From Spirochaetaceae bacterium (GTDB lineage Bacteria; Spirochaetota; Spirochaetia; Treponematales; Breznakiellaceae): 38,664 nucleotides of DNA. The first letter of the stretch is position 1. Each line of letters opens with the position of its first letter. Positions 16,735 through 23,784 of the stretch are shown here, piece by piece. The DNA is taken from contig JAISQV010000206.1 in the NCBI GenBank assembly GCA_031273985.1, positions 1 through 38,664 on the forward strand. Reading direction: 5' to 3'. The notes beneath the pieces were generated by a model. That model saw nothing but the letters and a program-made list of their open reading frames with translations, made no database searches and was not told the origin of the DNA. Position numbers and translations under genes: made by a program.

Positions 16735-17155
16735 CTAATATATAGTATTGGTTTTAACGCTTTGAGACCAAGCTTCAGCTATAGTGTAATCAGTAAAGGC
16801 ATGAGTAATTACGATACTTCCTTTTTCCGCAAAGCCAGCTACCGTAAAAGCATATTGCGAATCAGCAATGTTAATTTGAACACCGGAATATTGGGCGGAT
16901 ACATTCCAAGCTTGCAGGCTTGGCAGTAGAATTTCGTCTCCCGATACAAGGAAGCCGTTATTGGTTGCCAAACCAATGGTAATGAAATAAAGCCTGCCGT
17001 TCCTGACGTGCGGCATTATAACTTCAAGGGTAGTGCCGGTCTGCGAAAATTCATGCAGATAGTCCGCAATGATACCGGCTACATACACGGGCTCATTATC
17101 CTGCTGGGCAAAGAGGGCGGCGCCGCAGGGCTGACAAAAACAGTGTTTTTCTCAT
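16735..17155 (-). pseudogene. Small secreted-protein paralog P3, signal peptide disrupted by an 8-bp deletion
   Basis: ATG 17155 reads MRKTLFLSALRRRPLCPAG-stop. Relative to P2, the 8 nt CTGTGCTG are missing. The mature part is intact in another frame (track ORF 16735-17088). Confidence 0.7.
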
Positions 17156-17209
17156 TTGTTTCCCCTTTAGTAATGTGCAAGCCTGAGCGTTTGGGTCCAT
17201 CTATCCGCG

Positions 17210-17647
17210 CTAATAGTAATACGCAAGCCTGGCAGTTTGGACCCAATTCTCCAATGACTCATTATCAGGGAAAACATGGGTAACAATAATCCTTCCTGCC
17301 TCCGCAAAACCTGCGACGAATAAATGACCAGTATCGGAGCTGACATATTCAGTTTGACGGCCTTGGTATACGCCAAAAACAGTGTGTTCTGGCGATAGAA
17401 TAAATTGAACGCCGGGTCTTAAATTACCGTCTTCGGCAGGTAAGGCAGGGCTGAGAAAATACAATCGGCCATTTCGGATGAAAGGTTCAAGCTCTTTCAT
17501 CTCTTCATTTTCCATGCCGTTTTCTGCAAATTCACAAACGTAAGGACCGACAAGAAAATGATTCACATAGACGGGCTCATTATCCTGCTGGGCAAAGAGG
17601 GCGGCGCCGCAGCACAGCAGGGCTGACAGAAACAGTGCTTTTTTCAT
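17210..17647 (-). CDS. Small secreted/lipoprotein-like protein, paralog P2
   Basis: AAGGAG RBS. MKKALFLSALLCCGAALFAQQ signal. Paralogous to P1 and P3 (shared VAGFAE.G.I..TH.F). Confidence 0.75.
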   Translation of the reverse strand: MKKALFLSALLCCGAALFAQQDNEPVYVNHFLVGPYVCEFAENGMENEEMKELEPFIRNGRLYFLSPALPAEDGNLRPGVQFILSPEHTVFGVYQGRQTEYVSSDTGHLFVAGFAEAGRIIVTHVFPDNESLENWVQTARLAYYY

Positions 17648-17658
17648 TTGTTTCTCCT

Positions 17659-18078
17659 TTAGTAATGTACAAGCCTGAGCGTTTGGGTCCATCTATCCGC
17701 TGTTTCATAATCGGTAAAGATATGGGTAAGAACAATTTTTCCGGTTTCGGCGAACCCAGCGACAAAAAGAGGGGTTTCTGTGTCAATATTATTTATACGA
17801 TTACCTTGATACGTGGCGAAAACAGCCTGGGAACCCGGCAGCATAATAGAGTCTCCCGACACGAGGGAGCCGTTATGTATCGCCAAGCCAACAGAGGTGA
17901 AGTAAAGCCTGCCGTTTCTGACGTGCGGCATTATACTCTCAAGGGTAGTGCCGGTCTGCGAAAATTCATGCAGATAGTCCCCATAGGCACCGGCGACATA
18001 GACGGGCTCATTATTCTGCTGGGCGAAGAGGGCGGCGGCGCAGCACAGCAGGGCTGACAGAAACAGTGTTTTTTTCAT
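17659..18078 (-). CDS. Small secreted/lipoprotein-like protein, paralog P1
   Basis: MKKTLFLSALLCCAAALFAQQ signal. The ATG overlaps the stop of the upstream PLD-like fragment (ATGA). Confidence 0.75.
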   Translation of the reverse strand: MKKTLFLSALLCCAAALFAQQNNEPVYVAGAYGDYLHEFSQTGTTLESIMPHVRNGRLYFTSVGLAIHNGSLVSGDSIMLPGSQAVFATYQGNRINNIDTETPLFVAGFAETGKIVLTHIFTDYETADRWTQTLRLVHY

Positions 18079-18350
18079 TCTTTCATCCTTCTCAGAAAGC
18101 CGGCATAGATTTTTTCACCCAATTCGGCAAGGCCCCATTTACTGGAGTCATAGCTGTCGGTAACAAAGAGGCTGTTGAAGTAGCGAAGCAATTCATTGAC
18201 AACTTCCGGGTTCCTGAAGGTGAGGCATGATTCGGTATTGGTGTTCATACCGTATTCCGTAAAATTGAGGGAGCCCAGGTAAGCGCTTTCAATAAGGGCA
18301 TAGGGCATTTTACCGGAACGTTCAGGTTCCGTAAGGGGAGACTCGTCCAT
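18075..18350 (-). CDS. Degenerate PLD/Nuc-family C-terminal fragment
   Basis: GGAGGAAAG RBS before ATG 18350. GKMPYALIESAYLGSLNFTEYGMNTNTESCLTFRNPEVVNELLRYFNSLF matches the second half of an HKD motif (K...GS.N.T......N.E......P.......F). The catalytic His position is Ser and the N-terminal half of the fold is absent. Confidence 0.55.
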   Translation of the reverse strand: MDESPLTEPERSGKMPYALIESAYLGSLNFTEYGMNTNTESCLTFRNPEVVNELLRYFNSLFVTDSYDSSKWGLAELGEKIYAGFLRRMKE

Positions 18351-18416
18351 GCGGCTTTCCTCCTTCCGCGGGCGCATTGTAGCACGGGGGGAAGGGCGGC
18401 GCAAGGCGCCGGCGGG

Positions 18417-18650
18417 CTAGGTGGCGGTCTCTGTTACCCTGTAATCTTCGAGTTCTTTGAGGCGCCGGCGGGCGAGTTCCTCTACGATGTCCCCGGGAAG
18501 CATATCGAGGAATTCCTTATAAACGAGGCGCACTTTTCTCCCCGGTTTTGCCGGGGGGATGTCGGAGCAATCAACGGGGTGATTTTTTATTTCGTCAATT
18601 TCCCTGTCGAGGGCTGCCGGCTCATCGAAGGTATTGTCTGAACTGATCAT
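18417..18650 (-). CDS. brnA: BrnA-like antitoxin (DUF4415-like)
   Basis: GGAG RBS before ATG 18650. D-x-SDIPP motif (VDCSDIPPAKPG) and a C-terminal helical segment. Overlaps the brnT 3' end by 29 nt. Confidence 0.6.
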   Translation of the reverse strand: MISSDNTFDEPAALDREIDEIKNHPVDCSDIPPAKPGRKVRLVYKEFLDMLPGDIVEELARRRLKELEDYRVTETAT

Positions 18651-18942
18651 AATAATCTCCTGCTTCCACAGCCTCCGCGCGGCGGGCCGAAAAGACGCGT
18701 ATGAAACCGCCCCGGTAGGTAACGGAGACGGTAACGAGCACATGGCTGGCCAGGCCGGTGACGGAACCTGTAACATTGAAACGGTCTTCGGAGGTTGAAT
18801 TTTCACGGTCGTACTCTTCAATCAGAAAAGGATCGGAAAAGACCGCCGCGGCCGTTTCAAACCTGACGCGGTGTTTTTTCAGGTTTAGTTCCGCCTTTTG
18901 GGCGTCCCATATAAATTTATCTTTGTAGACAACATCGCCCAT
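18622..18942 (-). CDS. brnT: BrnT-family ribonuclease toxin (DUF497)
   Basis: FIWDAQKAELNLKKHRVRFETAAAVFSDP...EDRFNVTG...IRVFSARRA matches the BrnT pattern (F.WD..Ka..N..KHgv.FeeA..vF.Dp...E.R....G....iRiISAR). ATG 18942 was chosen over the track start. Confidence 0.8.
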   Translation of the reverse strand: MGDVVYKDKFIWDAQKAELNLKKHRVRFETAAAVFSDPFLIEEYDRENSTSEDRFNVTGSVTGLASHVLVTVSVTYRGGFIRVFSARRAEAVEAGDYYDQFRQYLR

Positions 18943-19000
18943 GAAAAGACACCATGTAAAACTATAGTATAGCGCCAGCCCTGCGTCAATCCGGCGCGCG

Positions 19001-21823
19001 TCACACAACCTGCGGCACGTTGCCTTCCCTGATGCGGGGGAGGGACTTACAGGCGGCGTAGAGGGTGATTTCGCCGCGTTTGACGGCCTCCACGAGGTCC
19101 GGTGTTCCGTTTTTGAGGAGGCTGCGGGCCTGGTAGACGGTGGAGGGGCTGACGCCTAAGCGTTCTGCGAGGCGCTCCGCGGCGCGCCCCGCGCCGTCTT
19201 TCCGCTTGCGCTGCGGGAGGGCGGCCACGGCGTCGAGGAGCTCCGCGGTTCCGGCATCGGGGATGGCCGCCGCGGTTTCGGGGCCGCGTTCCTCCCGCCC
19301 GGGTTCGGGTTGAGGCGCGGGCGCGGGAACGGCGGCGCGCTGCGGGGCCTCCCGGGGAGCGTCGGGCCCCCTGAGGGAGCGCCAGGGGACGCGGGCGTGG
19401 TCGAGTATATCGGCGCAGAGGGAGACGCCGCCGCCTTTTCCGGCGAGGAGTGCGTCGAGGAATGAGTGGTCGGCGCTCCCGATAAGGGCGAGGGTGAGGC
19501 GCCCGAGGTCGAGGCGGAAGAGGCGGCGCCCGAGGGGGCTGGTGTAGAAGTAATCCCGGCGCATTTCCGCGCCGGCAATGAGGGCTATTTCAGGGTCCGT
19601 GAGGCCGAAGGAACGGTAGACGGGCATCATGTTCTCGGTGAGGGCGGAGGGGTCCGCGAGGTAAATTTTGGTAAGGCACTGCTGGGTGATGGTGGTTTTG
19701 AGGGGCGATTTTTCGACGTCTGCGACGTCCTGGGTGGCGAAGACGACGAAGACATTTTTCTTGCGGAGCACCTTGAGCCATTCGGTAATTTTTTCGGCGA
19801 AGACGGGATTTTTGAGGAAGAGCCAGGCCTCGTCCAGGACGAGGAGTGTGAGGCGGCCGTCGAACAGTTTTTCTACCAGGTTGAAAAGGTAGACGAGGGC
19901 GGGGACGACGCAGCCTTCGCCGCGGTTCATGAGGGCCTCCATTTCAATGGCGAGAAAGGAGGTGTCCAGGGAGAGGGCTGAGGAACGGGCGTCGAAGATT
20001 TTGCCGTATTTGCCGCCGTCCCAGAGATAGTCGCCGAGCATTTCTTTGAAGACCGGGCGTTTTGAGACGGGGTCGAGGTAGTTGACGTACTGGAGGAAGC
20101 TGGTAATGGTGCGGGAAGCCGGGGGCTTTTCGCGGAGGAGTTCGAGGCTCTGCTTAATCTGGGCGCGCATGGGCGGGGAGACCTCGTAGCGGTTGACGGC
20201 GAAGCAGGCTTCGATGAAGTCGATGGCGTTCATGATGTCGCGGTCGGTTTCGAGGTCGCGGAGGGGCTGGAAGCTGACGGCTGCGGCGTTTTCGCCGGCG
20301 GGCTCGTAGAAGAGGCCTCCGGCGGCGAGGCAGGGCTGGCGGCAGGAGCGGCCCTTGTCGAAGACGATGACGCGGGAAGCGGGGTACTTGAAGAACTGCA
20401 TTTCCAGGAGGTTGAGGAAGGTGGACTTGCCCGCGCCGGTGGGGCCCCAGACGGCGGAGTGGCCGACGTCGGAGGGATTCATGTTAAAGAAGAAGGGTGT
20501 GCCTTCCTCGGTGGAGCAGATGAGGTGCGGGATGTCGACACCGGAGACGAGGCCGGCGTGTTCGTTACGGCGCATCCCGGCCCATACGGAGGAGAGGGGG
20601 AGGACGTGGGAGAGGGAGTAGGTCATGACGGGGAGGGAGCGGTAGTTGGCGTAGACCTGGCCCGGCATCATGGACTTCCATGCTTCGAGGGCGTTATAGG
20701 TTTCCTCCTTGCAGGTGAAGCCGGCGCTGTTGACGACAGCTTTTACTTTGTCTGCCTTTTTTTTGGCGGCTTTGAGGTCCCTGTCCCAGACCATGACGCA
20801 GCTCGTGTAGTAGCCGAGGGCGGCCTGGCCGGTTTCTATTTCTATCTGGGCGTCGATGGAGTCGTTTTCCTTGACTCCCGCGCCGTGGTTGACGGTTCTG
20901 GCGGGCTGCCCTGAGGTACTTTCAGCGAAGGTCTGCAGGAAGGTAGTTTTGCTGCCGCGGTGGGCCTTTTCTTTTTTGTGGGCCTCCTTTTTGCCGTCAT
21001 CCAGATCGAGGCAGATATAGCGGGAGACCCAGCGGTATTCGATACGGGAGCGGTTGAGTGTGTCGAGGATGGCGGGGTAGCTGTCTTCCGGGAAGTCGTT
21101 GACGCCGATGACAGGGATAAAGCAGTCGCCGAGCTTCATGGTGAGGGAGGTAACGAGCTCTGAATCCGGCAGGATGCGGTCGAGGAGTATCCTGGTTGCG
21201 GGGAAACGGATGGGGTGCCGGTTGAGGGAGACGCTGGAATGGAGGTAGGCGACGGTCTCCTCGTTGGAGAGGGGGGCGAGAAGCATATCGCGGGAAAGGA
21301 GCGCGGCAACGGCGTCTGTTTCGTTGACAAAGAAGTCTACGTTCTGCTTAATACCCTGGGCTCCTCCCGGAGCGTCCTGGTCCCTCCCGCTGCGGATGAA
21401 CATTTGGGTAAGCTTTTTCACGTTTTCCGAAGGGGGCTTCCAGATGAAGGTGAGGTAGTAACTGGACTCGAAGTGCTCGCCCGCGGCGCGGAAGGCGGCC
21501 TCCCGTTCGCGGTCTATGAGGTAGGGGGCGAGGGCGTCGAAGGAGCCCGGACGGCCGCCGAAGCCGGCCCTGGGGTATTCGGTGGTGTAGAAACGCTGGG
21601 CCTCCAGCTGGAAGGCCCAGCCTGAGCCGAGGCGTCTGGCGAAGTCGTTGACGCGGATGGCGAGGCTGTTGACCTCGAAGGCGCCTGAGGAGTCGATGTC
21701 CGGCGCGCGGTAGGCGAAGGAGCGCTGGAGGATTCCGTCTTTCTGGATGACGACACCTTCATGGAAACGGGTGATGAAGTTCCAAGGGAGGATTTGGTAG
21801 AAGAGGCCTGTAGATTCGCTCAT
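19001..21823 (-). CDS. trbE: T4SS ATPase TrbE / VirB4 with an extra C-terminal ParB-type HTH tail
   Basis: Walker A GPTGAGKST and Walker B LLVLDEAWLF. The N-terminus LPWNFITRFHEGVVIQKDGILQRSFAYRAPD is typical of TrbE. The last ~110 aa are a Pro/Ala linker plus an HTH paralogous to the ParB-like protein of this element. Confidence 0.9.
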   Translation of the reverse strand: MSESTGLFYQILPWNFITRFHEGVVIQKDGILQRSFAYRAPDIDSSGAFEVNSLAIRVNDFARRLGSGWAFQLEAQRFYTTEYPRAGFGGRPGSFDALAPYLIDREREAAFRAAGEHFESSYYLTFIWKPPSENVKKLTQMFIRSGRDQDAPGGAQGIKQNVDFFVNETDAVAALLSRDMLLAPLSNEETVAYLHSSVSLNRHPIRFPATRILLDRILPDSELVTSLTMKLGDCFIPVIGVNDFPEDSYPAILDTLNRSRIEYRWVSRYICLDLDDGKKEAHKKEKAHRGSKTTFLQTFAESTSGQPARTVNHGAGVKENDSIDAQIEIETGQAALGYYTSCVMVWDRDLKAAKKKADKVKAVVNSAGFTCKEETYNALEAWKSMMPGQVYANYRSLPVMTYSLSHVLPLSSVWAGMRRNEHAGLVSGVDIPHLICSTEEGTPFFFNMNPSDVGHSAVWGPTGAGKSTFLNLLEMQFFKYPASRVIVFDKGRSCRQPCLAAGGLFYEPAGENAAAVSFQPLRDLETDRDIMNAIDFIEACFAVNRYEVSPPMRAQIKQSLELLREKPPASRTITSFLQYVNYLDPVSKRPVFKEMLGDYLWDGGKYGKIFDARSSALSLDTSFLAIEMEALMNRGEGCVVPALVYLFNLVEKLFDGRLTLLVLDEAWLFLKNPVFAEKITEWLKVLRKKNVFVVFATQDVADVEKSPLKTTITQQCLTKIYLADPSALTENMMPVYRSFGLTDPEIALIAGAEMRRDYFYTSPLGRRLFRLDLGRLTLALIGSADHSFLDALLAGKGGGVSLCADILDHARVPWRSLRGPDAPREAPQRAAVPAPAPQPEPGREERGPETAAAIPDAGTAELLDAVAALPQRKRKDGAGRAAERLAERLGVSPSTVYQARSLLKNGTPDLVEAVKRGEITLYAACKSLPRIREGNVPQVV

Positions 21824-22077
21824 GGTAAGAAGACGTCCTTTTGGGAAATATTCTCGATGACGATGTCAATCATCCAGGGGTCCTTTCCGGTGAGGTAGCG
21901 CATGATGAGGTAGAGTATGACGATGGGGACGATGGTGAAGTAGAGTTCGAAGCCGTAGATGAAGATGACGGCGAGCATGAAGAGGAGGAGGAGGCCCGTT
22001 TGGGGGACACCTCCGGCGAGGTCCCTTGAGAGGAGGGAGCGGCGCACACGGCGTTTGTAGGGGGTCATATCAACCAT
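21820..22077 (-). CDS. trbD: T4SS protein TrbD / VirB3
   Basis: 85 aa with two hydrophobic segments. 4-nt overlap with trbE. Position after the pilin gene. Confidence 0.75.
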   Translation of the reverse strand: MVDMTPYKRRVRRSLLSRDLAGGVPQTGLLLLFMLAVIFIYGFELYFTIVPIVILYLIMRYLTGKDPWMIDIVIENISQKDVFLP

Positions 22078-22079
22078 GG

Positions 22080-22373
22080 TCAGCCCTGGGACGCGTTCCA
22101 GATGGCGTCGATGATGAGGGAAGCGCAGACGAGGATGGCCACGGCGATACCGATGGCGATAGCGTTACGCTTCATTTTTTCGTTGTCCTTGTTGAAGCCG
22201 TAGGCGACGGCGCAGCCGCAGAGGCAGATGATGAGGATGGTCTTTACGAAGGTGCCGGTAAAGACCGTCAGAATATCCTCCATGAGGCTGGTCATGCCTG
22301 AGGGGAGGATGTCCTGCGCGGAGAGCGGCAAGGAGCGCAGGGCGAAGAGAAGGAGAAGCAGCAGTAATTTCAT
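22080..22373 (-). CDS. trbC: T4SS pilin TrbC / VirB2
   Basis: 97 aa. Signal peptide (LLLLLLLFALRSLPLSA) followed by two hydrophobic helices. Sits directly upstream of trbD. Confidence 0.75.
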   Translation of the reverse strand: MKLLLLLLLFALRSLPLSAQDILPSGMTSLMEDILTVFTGTFVKTILIICLCGCAVAYGFNKDNEKMKRNAIAIGIAVAILVCASLIIDAIWNASQG

Positions 22374-22412
22374 AAGACACTCCTTAAAAAAGATGTGCGG
22401 GAAGGCGCGGCG

Positions 22413-23360
22413 TCAGCGGGCCGTTCCGCTTTCCCGTATTTCCTCTACCGTGAGGGCTTCGTCCACGACGGGCCCGAAACCCCTGCGGTAGGAAAGGTGC
22501 ACGACGATGTTGACAGCGTCGGCCAGGTCCGGAAGGGTACCGGCTATTTTCTGGCGGAGGAGGCCCTCGATGCGGGAGAGGGTGGAGGAGGCGCTGTCGG
22601 CATGGATGGTGGTGATGTTGCCGGGGTGGCCGGTGTTCCAGGCTTCGAGGAGTTCCACGGTAACATCGCCGGAACGCAGCTCGCCGAAGATGATGCGTTT
22701 CGGGGTCCAGCGGAGGGCGGTCTGGATGGCGGCGACGGCCTGCTCTTTTCTGATGTAGAGCTGGGTTTTGTTTTTGCCCCGGCACTGGAGTTCCGGGAGA
22801 TCCTCGATGAGGTAGAAGCGGTCGTCCGGCGAAAACTCCCGCATTTTTTCGATACAGGCGTTGGTGAAGGTGGTCTTGCCGGAACCTGTGGAGCCGGAAA
22901 TGACCATATTACTGCGGCGCTCTATATGGGCGACTATCTTGCGGTAGAGCTTTGCTGAAAGCCGCCCCTGCTCGCGGTATTGTTCGAGGGTGAAGACATC
23001 GCCCGCGGGGCGGCGGAAGGTTATTTCCGGGGACTCCACCCAGGGGGGCACGATGGCGGTAGTTCTGATCTTGTAGTCGGGGATGATGCTTTCCAGGGTG
23101 GGCCGCTCCCAGGTATCGATGGGGGTGTCGGAGACATTGGCCAGGCTGTTAATGATGCGCATACGCTCGGCGGGGGAGAGCCTGATTTCGGTGTCGTAAA
23201 GGCCTTTTAGAAAGTCATCGCACTGCACCGCGCCGTCTCCGTAGACATACACGTTGGTAACGGAGGCGGTCTCGAAGAAGGGGATGAGCGGGGCGAGATC
23301 GCCCATGAGGTTTTCCATCTCGCGCTCACGGCGCTCGAGCCCGTCCTCAATCCTGCCCAT
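22413..23360 (-). CDS. trbB: T4SS ATPase TrbB / VirB11
   Basis: Walker A SGSTGSGKTT, plus GELRSGD and GHPGNITTIHA motifs. ATG 23360 with a GGAGAA RBS was preferred to the TTG at 23399. Confidence 0.9.
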   Translation of the reverse strand: MGRIEDGLERREREMENLMGDLAPLIPFFETASVTNVYVYGDGAVQCDDFLKGLYDTEIRLSPAERMRIINSLANVSDTPIDTWERPTLESIIPDYKIRTTAIVPPWVESPEITFRRPAGDVFTLEQYREQGRLSAKLYRKIVAHIERRSNMVISGSTGSGKTTFTNACIEKMREFSPDDRFYLIEDLPELQCRGKNKTQLYIRKEQAVAAIQTALRWTPKRIIFGELRSGDVTVELLEAWNTGHPGNITTIHADSASSTLSRIEGLLRQKIAGTLPDLADAVNIVVHLSYRRGFGPVVDEALTVEEIRESGTAR

Positions 23361-23784
23361 CAGGTTCTCCGGAGAAATAGGTATGCAGGAGCCTTTCAAA
23401 GAAAGGGGGGTCGTTTTTAAGGCTTTCCTGGAAAGCCCTGAAGAAGGTGTCGTGCCGGGCGGAGGCCGATTTGAGGGCGGCGTCTGCCAGGTCCTGGTCT
23501 ATCTCCGCGTTATAGGCGAGCAGGTTGATGTGCATGAGGCGGAGGTAGCGGAAGGTGATGTCCAGCATATCCCCGAGCTCGTCCATTTTTTTCCGCATAT
23601 CGCCGAGGCCCTGGAGTTTGAGGGTTTCGTCCCGGTAATCGGCGTAGATGTACCTGGTTATGGCGTGGCGGATGAGCTCGGATTCGCTTTCGAGGCCCTT
23701 GTCCCTGCAATAGGTTTTGATGTCCGCCAGCATCTGCACGGGAAGGGAGCAGAGCTTTTTCTTCAGTTCCGGGCGTTTAGTCAT
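23347..23784 (-). CDS. Ribbon-helix-helix (CopG-like) protein
   Basis: KKLCSLPVQMLADIKTYCRDKGLESESELIRHAITRYI is an RHH pattern. ATG 23784 overlaps the traG stop. The upstream part of the track ORF was rejected. Confidence 0.7.
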   Translation of the reverse strand: MTKRPELKKKLCSLPVQMLADIKTYCRDKGLESESELIRHAITRYIYADYRDETLKLQGLGDMRKKMDELGDMLDITFRYLRLMHINLLAYNAEIDQDLADAALKSASARHDTFFRAFQESLKNDPPFFERLLHTYFSGEPDGQD

